Source: Utricularia gibba
Taxonomy: Eukaryota > Plantae > Magnoliophyta
Direction: 5' to 3'
DNA length: 64,000 nt
Assembly: GCA_002189035.1 (NCBI GenBank)
Contig: CM007989.1
Location: 4,836,001-4,900,000 of the forward strand
Below are positions 52,149 to 64,000 of the stretch, one piece after another. A program made the translations under genes and the position numbers. The notes beneath the pieces were generated by a model that was given only the letters and a program-made list of their open reading frames with translations, made no database searches and was not told where the DNA came from. Numbering within the stretch: position 1 is the stretch's first letter; the number at the start of each line of letters is the position of its first letter.

Positions 52149-55100
52149 CTCTAGGCATGGCCCTTCGTTAGCGGCACGCTCCATTTCAGAAATCTAGAGA
52201 TCGACCTCTTCGTCGATGTTGATCTCTTCAGGTGAATCTTAGTCCTGTGCTGGAGAAGGGAATGAATGAATAATAGGAATTTCTTTTTCCGTACCTTTTT
52301 CTCCAGCAAGTTCTTCCGGTTGTATGGGCTGCGGGCTCTCGGGAGCAGAAATTGCTGCTGGGGAATTTGGTTCTGAGGACTCAGGTGCATCAGAAGCAAC
52401 AGTAGCGGTAGTAGGGATTGGGTATCACTCCAGGTACAGCACCGGAGACACAATGGTAAGAGGCGTGGCTTCAATCGGAACAGTTCCGTCGCAACGCCTA
52501 GAGATGGCTCATGAGTAGTGGGAATAGAAGCATCTGCTGGGTTGTTGGTGCGGTGACGCTGGGTCCTTCGGGATGGTCCAGCAGCAGCAGGTTGGCGCTT
52601 CCGAGTTGCTACCTTGGCAGCACTTGTGCTTCGGGTAACCGGAGATGTGGGGCGTCCAGACATGGTGGGTCGGAAGATCAGAGAATTTCAGGCGAGAGAA
52701 GGAAGAATTAGAGCGTAGGCACAACAGCGAAGTGCGGTAACGGTTAGTAAAAATGGGAATGCCAAAAGATAAAAAGGGAGATTGAGTGTAGGAACGGTTA
52801 AGGGAGTAAGTGGTGGCGTGGGGCAGGTGAAAGTAAAGTCACTTGGAGTAGTGGGTGATAAAAACGAGGAAATAGTAACGGTTACGAATTTAAAGTCATG
52901 GGTTGCCTCCCATGCAGCACCAATTTACAGTCATTGGCCGACTGTGACACCTGTTAATGACCCTCGACTAGCAGTAAGCTGCACACACTGTGCGGCTTAA
53001 ACTTCTCATAAAATGGCTTCAATCGGTGTCCATTCACCTTAATGCTTTTCCCTATCTCAAATGAGCGAATAATAACAGCACCAGAGGGAAAAACATTCAC
53101 AACTTCATAAGGTCCAAGCCACTTAGAACACAATTTACCAGGAAAGAGTTTCAAGGTAGTATCAAATAAGAGAACTTTTTGACCTACAAAAAATTGCTTC
53201 CCATGTAACTTACTGTCATGGTAGTGTTTTACCTTTTCCTTGTGCAGGAGCTGGTTAGTGTAGGCATTGAGGCGAATTTCATCCAACTCATTTAGGTCTA
53301 AAAGTCTACTCTCCCCAACTTGATCACTAGTCAGGTTGCATGACTTGACGGCCCAGTATGCCCTGTGATGCAATTCAAAAGGTAGATGACATGCCTTACC
53401 ATAGATCATTCGATATGGAGACATTCCTATAGGATTCTTGTAAGCTGTACAGTATGCTCAAAGTGCATCATTGAGCCTTGAGCTCCAATCTCGCCTATTT
53501 GGGTTGACGGTACGCTCCAAGATCCTTTTCACCTCTCTATTTGATATTTCCGCCATGCCATTTGTTTGGGGATGCCTAGCTGTGGACAAGCGGTGGTTGA
53601 CTCCATATTTGGCCAATGCACTCTTGATGACATGATTCACGAAATGGGTGCCACGATCTGAAATAATGATCTTGGGATGTCCAAACCTAGGGAACAAAAT
53701 ATTAGTCAAGAAATTACCCACGGTTTTGGCATCATCCCTTTCACAAGCATTTCACAAGAAATTACCCACGGTTTCTAAATGGCCTCCACCCATTTAGAAA
53801 CATAATCAACAGCAATAAGTATGTAGAGCTTCCCTTGAGAAGGCGGAAATGGTCCCATGAAGTCAATGCCTCATGCATCAAAGATCTCACACATGATAAT
53901 GGGTTGAAGGGGCATTTGATCCTTATATCCCAAATTTCCTCCTCTTTGACAATTTGGGTATGCCTTGCAATGAAGGTAGGCATCCTTGAATATGGTAGGC
54001 TAATAAAATCCAGCCTCCAGAACCTTTTTTGCAGTAACTTTTGCACCAAAATGTCCACCGCAAGGTAGCTCATGGCAATGTGAAAGAATAGAGTGCACTT
54101 CATCTTGGGGGATGCATCTCCTAATAATTTGATCAGTTCCGATTTTCCAGAGATATGGATCGTCCCATATGAAGTTCAGGCTATCACTCCTCAGTTTCTC
54201 CTTCTGGTAGTGCTGGAAATCTGCAGGAAACTGTCCAGTCACTAAAAAATTAGCGATGTCAGCGTACCAGGGACTCTCGTCATGGATCATGAATAAGTGT
54301 TCATCCGGGAAGCTGTCATCGATAAGACTTGATTTTTCTCCAGAAGTGATGCGGCTGAGATGGTCTGCAACTAAATTTTCGCATCCTTTCTTGTCCTTGA
54401 TCTCCAAATCAAATTCTTGAAGCAATAAGATCCATCTAATGAGTCTAGGCTTCGAATCCTTCTTGGTAAGGAGATATCTCAAGGCGGCATGGTCTGAATA
54501 GACTATGACTTTGGCTCCTAGCAAATAAGATCGAAATTTCTTCAGGGCAAACACAATGGCCAGCAGCTCCTTTTCTGTAGTGGTGTAGCTCTTTTGGGCA
54601 TCATCAAGGCACTTGGACGCATAGTGGATAACATGGGATTGTTTATCCACCTTTTGTCCCAAAACCGCACCTAGAGCTACATCACTTGCATCACACATTA
54701 GTTCAAATGGTAGGCTCCAATTTGGAACCTGAATAATGGGAGCGGAAACAAGCTTCTCTTTCAAAACATCAAAGGCGTGCATGCATTTTTCATCAAAATG
54801 AAACTCAACATCTTTATGCAATAAGGCACATAGAGGAGATGCAATTTTTGAAAAATCTTGAATAAACCTACGATAAAATCCAGCATGTCCAAGGAAAGAA
54901 CGTACATTTCTCACACAAGTAGGATAAGGTAATTTTTGGATTACCTCAATTTTGGCCTTGTCAACCTCAATTCCCTTTTGGGAAACAACATGTACTAAAA
55001 TGATACCTTGTTCTACCATGAAATGACATTTCTCATAATTCAAAACAAGGTTAGTCTCTACACAATGTTTCAGAATCAAAGACAAATTAACAAGACATTC

Positions 55101-58100
55101 ATCAAAGCTATTTCCATAAACCATAAAGTCATCCATAAAAACCTCTATAATATTCTCAACATATTCAGAAAAAATACTAACCATGCATCTCTGAAATGTT
55201 GCTGGTGCATTGCAAAGTCCAAAAGGCATTTTATGGTAAGCAAAAGTTCCAAAAGGGCAAACGAAAACAACCTTAGATTGGTCCTCAAGAGCCACGGGTA
55301 TTTGATGGAAACCGCAGTATCCATCCAAGCAGCAATAATGGCTCCTTCCATCAAGTCTTTCCAACATTTGGTCAATGAATGGAAGTGGGTAGTGGTCCTT
55401 CTTGGTGGCTGCATTCAATTTTCGGTAATCTACGCACATTCGCCAGCCATTTTGCACTCTTGTAGGCAGGAGTTCCCCTTGGTCATTGGCCATGACTGTG
55501 ATACCTGTTTTCTTCGGGACAACCTGCATAGGACTAACCCACTCACTATCAGAAATAGGATAGATTATACCTGCAGCCAATAACTTCAGAGTTTCCTTCT
55601 TGACCACTTCAATCATAAGTGGATTCAATCTCCTCTGAGGTTGGCGAATTGGCTTTGTTCCCTCCTCCAAATAGATGCGGTGAGTGCATATGGAGGGGCT
55701 TATTCCTTTGATATCCGCCAATGTCCACCCAATTGCCTGTTTGTGCTCCTGGAGCACACTCCTAAGTTTTTCCTCCTGTTCCAGGATTAGTGTACTAGAG
55801 ATAATAACAGATAAAGTCTCATTTTCGCTTAGAAATAAATATTTCAAATGTTTAGGCAGTGTTTTTAACTCTAGTAATGGGGCATGAATAACAGAAGGGA
55901 TTAGCAGTTTCTCAAGCATTTCTAAACTCAGAAAAGCAATGTCAGAAAATTCAGGTTTTTCACGGAAATAATCAAGATAATTTAAAAGTTCGGAATCAGA
56001 AAAAGAAATACGATCAGAATCAAAGTTTTCAGTAAGACATTTGAGCAAGGGATCTTGCTCATGGACCATCGCTAAGTGTTCTACATCTGCGTCAGATGTA
56101 GATATTGAGCAAATCTCGTTAATTTGGTCCGAATATTGCATGGCTTTGTCCAGGCTAAAGTCCAGCACCTGTCCATCAAACTGTAGAGAAATTGTGCCGG
56201 CTTGGACATCAATTTTGGTGCCTGCAGTAGCCATAAACGGTCGTCCCAAAATGATGGACTCCGAAATCATGGGATTTTCGCTCTCCATTGGAATAACTAA
56301 AAAGTCAGCAGGAAAAATCAAATTTTCAACATGCACAAACACATCATCAACCCTACCATCAGGCTTCACATGTGATCTATCAGCTAATTGACAAACAACA
56401 CTAGTAGGTTCAAGTTTACCTAGCTTAGATGCAAGAGAAAGATAGAGAGATCTAGGCATAACATTAACCGATGCTCCTAAATCACACATGGCCACTGAAA
56501 TTTTGGTCTCACCAATAGTAACAGGTATTGAAAACATACCTGGATCCTTACACTTTCTTGGAAGCCTTCTCTGAATAATTGCTGAAATATTTTCAGTCAA
56601 GGGAATTACCTCTTCCACTTTTTCCTTCTTCTTGGGGTCACATAAATCCTTCAACATTTTCGCATATTTCGGCACTTGATCTATCATGTCCAACAAGGGA
56701 ATATTCACGTTCACCTTCTTCATCACCTCCATGAATGCTTTCAGTCCACGTTTGTCCTTATTTTTCCTGCGAAGTCTCATAGGAAAAGGAGGTGGAATGA
56801 CTAGAGACTTGGGTTGATCAACTTCTTTCGACTCCTCCTCCTTCACTTCTTTAGGTGGCATTGGTACAGGAGTATTCTGGACTGGAGAATCATCAGGATG
56901 CTCTAAAATAATCTCCTCATCCACGTCATCATCGTCATCCAAGACTTCTAATTCTTTTTCATCAGATCTGTCCACCTTAGTCATGAACCATGGGTAAGGT
57001 TCCGGTAGATCCTTCCCACTTCTTAAGGATATGGCGTTGATGTGCTCTGGGTTCTTCACTGGTTGGGATGGCAGTGCACCTTGCGTCTCCAGTCAGTTCA
57101 TGGGTTGAACCAGCTGGGTAATCTGGGTTTGCATGCTTGTAATTCGTCCATCCATGTCTTTTTGTGCAGCATGCATTTTAGTGGTGCTTTCGGCAAGGGA
57201 CTTCACCAAGGACTCCAGATTATGATTTGGCTGATAAGGAACAAGAGGTTGATCTGGAACTCCAGTGATTTGCAAAGGTTGAGGCGGAGCAGTGAGAGTT
57301 TTCTGAGAAACAGCAGGTTCCCTAGTGATGGGGCTTGACCAGGAGGCACTGGTTGTCTCCAGCGGAAACCAGGATGATCTCTTCGCGGCATTTGGTAGTT
57401 TCCGTAATTATAACTTCCTCCTTGGTTCTGGTAGAATGCATTCACCTCTTCTACTTGCATCTCGTGTATCATAGGTCCTGGATCAAAAAGATGAGAGGTT
57501 GAAGATCCGTGATACCTTCCTTGTTGTTGGAGAAGTGATTGGAAGCCAAGCTTCAAGGTATCACTCATAGCAGTAAGTTGAGCTAAAACTTCGGAATTAT
57601 CCACTTCGTGCACTGATTTTACAGGCTGAGAATTTCCTCCAGGTGCTCGGTATGAGTAGTCATAACGACTGGAAGTAGAATAAGAGTTGGCAGCCATTTG
57701 TTCTATCAATCTGCGGGCATCAGCGCTGTGGCGGTTCTCTAGTAATGACCCATTACAAGTGGCATCCATTTGTCCTCTAATCATGGGGGTCAGTCCTTCG
57801 TAGAAATGTTGTAAAATTTGACCTTCAGTAAGCCCATGCTGTGGATAAGTGTTACAGATCCGGTTGAATCTGTCATAATACTCCTGTAAATACTCCTGTA
57901 AATTCTCTCCTTCACTTTGTAGCATGATAGCTAAAGCTCTTCTTCCCGCGGAGGCTCTTCCTAGGGGCGCATATCTATCAAGAAACTTTTGAACCATTTG
58001 CTCACAGGTAGCAATAGAGGATGGTGGTAGTCCATACAGCCACTCCAAGGCTCGCTCAGTGAGACTGAAAGGGAAGACCCGCAGCTTGACTTGGTTCTCC

Positions 58101-59818
58101 GTAGCACCTTTTGGGCGCATGGATGCACAAGCCGTGTGCAACTCTCTAAGATGACGATTTGGGTCGTCATTTTCTCTCCCAGCGAACTTAGGAAGTGTCT
58201 GGAACAAATATGATCGAAGCTCAAAGTCCTCTTCCGCGTCAAAGATGATACAAAGTGGTCGGTCAGCATGGCTGGCGGTGATTTCTTCTTTTATGGTCCT
58301 TAGTGCTGGGCCATGATTAGTGATCGGTAGAACTAGAAAAAATTGCGGATGCTGTTGCTCCTGTTCTCCATGCATTGTGGGGACTCCAGTAGGTGGTTGA
58401 GCATCCATTTCTTCGTCAGGAGATAGATTTGAAGTTAGTTCCCTCTTTTTCGCCAGAAATGTGCGCTCAATCTCCGGATCTAAAGGGCACAAGATGTCTC
58501 GGTATGATCTTAAGCTTCGGTGTCCTTTTGGTGCAGCTGAATGCATAAAAACAGAGAAAAACAGCAGCAAAACGGAAATAAAAGAAAAACAAGAAGAAAG
58601 AAAGAAAAAGAAAACAAAAAGAAAAACTATACACAACACTAAACACAAAAATACACAACTCCCCGGCAACGGCGCCAAAAATTTGTTGCGTGTCGTTTCC
58701 TCAGCAAATTTTAAATATTTAAAAACGTAAAACACTAGAAAGTGTAGTACGAGTATTGATCTCAGGGAGTTGTTTTTCGTGAAAAGTGTTTGCAAGCAAC
58801 TTCTACAAAATGTCACGGTTTTGTAAAAGGGGATTTTTAAGATGCAAAAATGAAAGATACCACCTAAGTAATGGGCCTTATTTACGGGACACAGTTCCTG
58901 GGAATAACACTCCATCTCCTTCCTTCGCCCGTCCTTGCCTCGGTTTTCACTGATTTCTTCCGAATAGCTGGTTATAGGAGCAAGGAATAGCCTACTCTCC
59001 CTTACACTCTGATTGACAAGGAGGCACGGGAATAGCCTCATGTGATTCTCCTTGGACGATTAGGAAGACAAGAGGATTGCCTTTGATTGCCTTCAAAACC
59101 GAATTGTGCGCGTGTGCCCAGCTGTTGCCAATGGCCAGTGGCAGGTCCGAGGTCACAACCTGTCCACTGTCGCGGTACCTAGGCCACAAACAATCTGCTA
59201 CTTCCCTCGAACCAGCAGGGTTGGAGTTGGTGCTCTTCACCTTGATCTTCACCAAAATCCGCGAGAAGTGGCCTGCTACTCATGGACCTTGACTGAGAGT
59301 CGTTACAGAAAGACTGCAACAAGATGCGTGGAAGTATGCGGAATCCGAATTGAATTCAGTGAAGAACCGAGTGTATTACTCATGACTTGGAAGGAAACTT
59401 CATCTACTTCCCAGAAACTAAAGGTTTTTAGCCCGAAAGGGCCATAGAAACAGAAACGAAAAGAAAGCTAAGTGTTCTTCCTCCTTGAGAGGAGGAAGAA
59501 CTCAAAAGTTCTAAGTACAAGGAAAAATGTTCAAAACTCCGAAACTAAGTGCTCCAAGTGGTTTTTATATGACTTCCCACGTGCATTAACTCCTTTGGGT
59601 CCCCTTCCCATCATTCCTTCTGTCTTGCGTGCGCCAACAGACTTTCTTTGCATGCAAGTTTGCGCCCAATAATTGCTGCAGACTCTAACATGCCGTAAGT
59701 CATGGGCCTTGACTAGTGTCAGTCTTCCGCCCACAGTCATTCCAACTCGCGTACAAGGCACGAAAACTCAGAGTCTGACCACCTGCAATACTCCTGCAAC
59801 ACTCCTGACAGTCTCCTG
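52149..59818 (-). mobile_element. Athila-lineage Ty3/gypsy retrotransposon: truncated 5' LTR (58684-59818), PBS, gag-pol (58546 to about 52990) and start of an additional 3' ORF (52663-52151); 3' LTR missing
   Basis: Gag LPKFAGRENDDPNRHL...FPFSLTERALEW. Protease MCDLGASVNVMP. RT CLDGYCGFHQI and FMDDF. RH MCDASD...TTTEKELLA. Integrase HCHELPCGGH, IISDRGTHF and VNGHRLKPF. Frameshifts occur near 57340, 53990 and 53750. Confidence 0.95.
58660..58677 (-). promoter_or_regulatory. Primer-binding site (tRNA-Asp type, typical of Athila)
   Basis: TGGCGCCGTTGCCGGGGA lies 6 nt inside the LTR end ...GCAACA. Confidence 0.88.
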
Positions 59819-60876
59819 CAAAACTCGCGTACTATTTCGCGCATGTATCAGAGCATCTGGTTTCCGATGCAACCTTTGGTACTTGGCTTTGAAGACAATG
59901 TCTGCTAGCACTCTGTTGACGTCTAACATAAGGAGCTTGCACACTTGTTGCTTGGGCGATGAACTGGGGCTAGTGTATGCGCACCTGCTTTCATACCAAT
60001 CTAGCCTTGCACGTAGTTGGGCATTCTCTTCTAGAATTCGATCCACATCCATGCTAGCAGTTTGTTGCGGGTTGTCTTCCTCCACATTGCTCCCTACATC
60101 CTGCTGTCGATTAGATGCAAATGCTAGTGACATCTCCTCCTCAATGATCACGTTGTCAGGCTTTGGGCTCTTGCATATCACTCTTCCCTAAAAACACCAG
60201 AAGTGGCGAGTACCAACAGCGTCCATCACAGGGGGTACTATGTCACTCACTGCCTTGCTCTTTTCACTAAACATAGTCAACAAGGCATCCACCCCTTGCT
60301 TTGATAGTTTATCAAATCCTACAACATGAATAATCGAATAACATAAATCACAATACACTAGCCATGCAACCATACTACATCACACATTACCCTTCCTTGC
60401 CAATTGTCTTGGAGGAGCAGAGAGTAGTCGGAATTCATAGGTCTTCCGGTGGACACACCCAAATGAAGCTTGTCCACCATGCATCATATCCACTCCGAAT
60501 AGAATTCACAAGTGCAATACCTGGATTACCCTTCAGCGTGAAATGATTAGTTTTCCAGTTTCGAATACACACACTTACGGAAAAATAATTTGTAGGGCCG
60601 GAGTAATTTGTTCCTCCATGCACACACTCAAAAAGGCCAACACATGAGCTAATTGAGCAGGGTGTCAGGTGGGATAATGGGACCTCCAAACATGCCAGCA
60701 ACTCGCATATGAATGATGGTGGTGGCAAGCGAAGTATACACCGAAAGTGTTCGGTGGACACCGAGAAACCCGGTTACTCCAACCATTGGTGGAACCTCAC
60801 CGTCGATTGTCTTGTCCCATAGATTGTACGTCTCTGGAATTGCGAACCGAACTTGGAGTTTCTTGGAAGTAAGCAT
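59819..60876 (-). pseudogene. TRP28-domain / FCP1-like HAD phosphatase fusion pseudogene, copy 2 (truncated in its second intron by the Athila LTR)
   Basis: Exon 60876-60391 reads MLTSKKLQVRFAIP...STEHFRCILRLP...WWTSFIWVCPP. Intron 60390-60319. Exon 60318-about 59833 reads GFDKLSK...WCF*GRV...LLMLDVNRVLADIVF, in one frame with a single TAG. It ends at an A|GTACG donor as in copy 1. Confidence 0.8.
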
Positions 60877-61065
60877 TTCTTGAGAGAGACAGATTAGAGG
60901 GAAGCAAATGGTGGAGGAACCATGCGGTTAAGGTGGGGACAGTGTGCCGTGCTTTGCAGTGTGCGGCGATTAGGTGCGTGGTGAAGAGAGGTGACGATTG
61001 GGCCGGAGGGTTTGTTATGAGGCCCAGATATTTGAGGCTTGATATTCATTCCGGCGGGTGATTGC

Positions 61066-61458
61066 TCCAGGCACCGCGAACAAAGGTTGCAGTGTCTAAA
61101 ACATGTCTTCCAGACACCGAGAGCGGCATTCTACACTACCTGGAACGCATGTCTCCCAGACATTGAGAGCAGCCATTTGCAGTGCCTAGAAGGGGTATCT
61201 TGTAGACACTGAGACCAAAATTTTGCAGTGCCTGGTACACTGGTCTTCCAGGAACCGATAGCGGCATTCGACGATGCTAGGAACACATTCTATCCAGATA
61301 CCGAGAGCAGGAATTTGCAGTGCCTAGATTGCAATTCTTCCAATGTGCATGGATATAGTGTAGAGCATGCAATAGTTGCACCTATACGTATGAGTGAATG
61401 GTGTGTGTAAACCTGAAGCATCCTTCAGGTTATCCTATCTTTCCAGGCACTGCAAATT
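61066..61458. repeat. Array of short hairpin units (period about 45 bp), consensus TTCCAGRCACYG...GCAGTGCCTGGAA
   Basis: Units start near 61066, 61109, 61155, 61199, 61246 and 61292, with a terminal half unit TTCCAGGCAC at 61441. Confidence 0.75.
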
Positions 61459-61704
61459 CCGATTACCAGTGACTGTATCACATTGTTGTGACAACAGTTC
61501 AGCATAAATAAGGCAATTCACCGTGGGAAATAACCCAATGTAAGAAACAAATCAACTTTGGAATAACTGATGTGTTTGCACAATATGAATACAGCAGAAG
61601 GCAATGCTTATCAACAATTGGAAAATGAAATAAAATGTCTTTAAGCCAAACCAATAAAATATCATCATTCATTAGTACACCTTATACCCTTCTTCATGTG
61701 GTCT

Positions 61705-63057
61705 CTCGCCATTACGCAAACATTCTCTGAGCCATTAAATACCACCACTGGGTCCACTCCTCTGAGTTTCCTATGGAGGAAATATGTTAATCATCTTCAT
61801 AGTCCTGTGAATCCGGATTGCGGTACTCTTCTGGAATGACTTCTTCCCATGGATCAGTTGGCATTTCTCGCCGAATAAAATTGTGAAGTAGGGCACATGC
61901 AAGTATGATACAATTTTGTGTTTTAATGGGATAAAAACTATAACTTCGTAAAATACCCCACCTCATTTTCATTAGACCCCATGCCCTCTCAATAACATTC
62001 CTCGCAAAAGCATGCCGCATGTTGAAATATTCCTTCACATTCTGTGGAGCATTGGACCCGGCAACCCACTCTTTCAGATGGTACCGAACACCTGTAGGGT
62101 GCTAGAAATCCCTCTACGTTTGTGTTGCCATTATCACACAAGTAATAATGCCCTACAAAAAAATGGAATGCATGAAAGTTACTCATAACTATAGACTCCT
62201 ACACATTGTAAGCTCTTACCTTTGCATACAGTAATTGCTCTTTGTCGACAAACTGCATCTCACAGCACCTTACTATCAGCAGCGGATCCCTCCCAACTGG
62301 GCAACAAATAGATGAACATGAGCTTATCATCATACACTCCTAGCACATTAGTGGACACGATTCCCTTACGATTCCTCCACTTTGATTTATCCTGATTCTT
62401 GAATTTCACTTGGAAATATGAACCATCCAATGTGCCCAAGCAATTCTGAAAAATAAAGCAGAAAGTTACAGCATGCAGAATACACGTTACACATCCACAA
62501 CTACAATGAAAAATTTTGTTGCATACCTTGAAAAATCTGAAGCTAGAATTAGGATAAAAAAGATCAATTGGCATAGGTGTCTTAACTAAATTTTGGTGCA
62601 ATGACAGTATTGCTGACAATACCACATTGAAATATTTGGATACTGTCCAGCTGCTTCGCATGAATTCGAATTTATGTTGCCTTGTTTTCCAGTAATGACC
62701 TAAAATACCCAAAAACAATGCAACCAGCTCTGGAACATCGACATATCATGATGTGGTTAGTCTACGATTACTTCGAAGAACATAGCATAACTTGTTGAAG
62801 ACATCTGCACTTAAGTGTAAGTTTTCAAGACAAGCACCCATTGAATCTGATAACAAGTCAGTCAAATGCTCTATTTTTTGTGATATCTTTTCTCGATATG
62901 AGAACCGAATTCTCTTATCGGATGGTGTACAACAGAAATGCAACATTATAACAATCATAATTCGCATAAGACATAGGTGTTGACCAACGCAATGCGCCGT
63001 AGCAAAGGAAGCCAAAATAATCTTCTTTGAAACCATTGCAACAGCCTCAATAAGCAA
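61705..63057 (-). mobile_element. PIF/Harbinger transposase pseudogene (spliced, frameshifted)
   Basis: CLGTLDGSY, RNRKGIVSTNVLGV...WEGSAADSKVL, YYLCDNG...FLAPYR and FNMRHAFARNVIERAWGLMKMRWGIL match plant Harbinger DDE transposases. Confidence 0.9.
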
Positions 63058-63466
63058 TGCACAACCTATTGCAATTTTCGGAAAAAAAAATCACCCGACT
63101 CCACCATATGCGAAACAAAAAATAAGAACTCATTGGCTTAAATTGAAGTATGGGTTTTCATCGAAATATCAGAATTCGAACTCACTCACCATGTACCTAC
63201 AAAAACCAAACAGATTTGTGTTGAAGAGGATGAACCAATATACAAATTTACTGTTGCGAATTTGTTTATGGAGTAGAGGGGTATTATCGACAAAGTTGTA
63301 TTTGTATGAGATGGGTTTCTCAAAACCACCTCACAAGTGGGTTTTGTGAAACCAACACCTGCAAGTTTATTTCGAGATAATACAAGCCCATGTGTTTTAC
63401 TAAACTACCCCAACAAACACATACAATACTTTTTACCTAAGGGTTTAGAGGGCTAAACCCACCTAG

Positions 63467-63480
63467 CAAATAAGGCCTAA
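63467..63480 (-). repeat. Harbinger terminal inverted repeat plus TAA target site
   Basis: CAAATAAGGCC followed by TAA (GGCCTTATTTG on -), about 410 bp upstream of the transposase. No partner TIR was found in the window. Confidence 0.65.
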
Positions 63481-64000
63481 GGGACCATTTTTTCCCATCT
63501 CATTTCATTCCATGTGCTTCTTTACTTTAAAAAAAACAAGGAACTTTCATTCACTTTACATAGTCCATCTTATTGTGCTATTCCGTTTTTTTTTTTTTTT
63601 TTTTTGGTAATCATTCAGGTAGGAATTCCAACTCCTAACAACTAAAAACTTCACCTTATACTTTATTTTTTAAAAATAAGAAATGATGAAGAAGGTTTTA
63701 TATCCTAATCTCTTTGATAGGGGGACCAAGAGGTAGATGGTCACACATTACACTCTTCATTGATTTCTCTACTATACAAGTACAACAACAACTTGATAGA
63801 TATAGTAAAAGGGTGGGTATTTTGTGGAACAAACAATTTCTGATGCATCTTGAATAAAAAACTAACCTTTTGGGAGCAAAAACCTTGTTATATACTATAG
63901 TTTGTAAAATGGAAACTTTTAAAAGTTTTTGGAACACCCATTTCACAAGTCGATTTATTTTGTAGTATAAGGTGTAACTAAGTTATGGGAAATTATAATT

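Noticed and set aside
58547-59041. 165-codon N-terminal extension of the Athila gag ORF through LTR and PBS
   Set aside because: Low-complexity Phe/Leu/Val text from T-rich U5/UTR sequence. Gag similarity begins only near 58546-58400.
51115-59818. DIRS-like element with inverted terminal repeats
   Set aside because: The internal region is standard Athila with a DDE integrase and PBS, and has no tyrosine recombinase. Both repeats are truncated ordinary LTRs.

Overview
AT-rich plant (probably eudicot) nuclear DNA, roughly half of it transposable-element debris. There are three apparently intact host genes: a 5-exon GH28 polygalacturonase (16756-18501,+), an RVE4/6/8-clade REVEILLE MYB (31400-33700,-) and a 12-exon HPGT-type GT31 galactosyltransferase (41407-44371,+). 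A HIPP gene (37814-38854,+) has a broken splice acceptor. TE content: a deleted Tat/Retand Ty3 element with an antisense TRP28 ORF, a rearranged Athila element flanked by LTRs in inverted orientation, five solo LTRs with 5-bp TSDs plus several LTR fragments, and remnants of Copia, L1, hAT, Mutator and PIF/Harbinger. The most unusual signal is a spliced gene found in two divergent, decayed copies (3257-5141 and 59819-60876, both -). It appears to fuse a Transposase_28 (TRP28)-like domain to an FCP1/NIF-type HAD phosphatase domain. Each copy is preceded by an array of short CCAGRCAC...GTGYCTGG hairpins and sits just downstream of a DNA-transposon transposase (hAT in one case, Harbinger in the other). 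All exon structures, translations, alignments and family assignments were made by eye and from memory; no searches were run.
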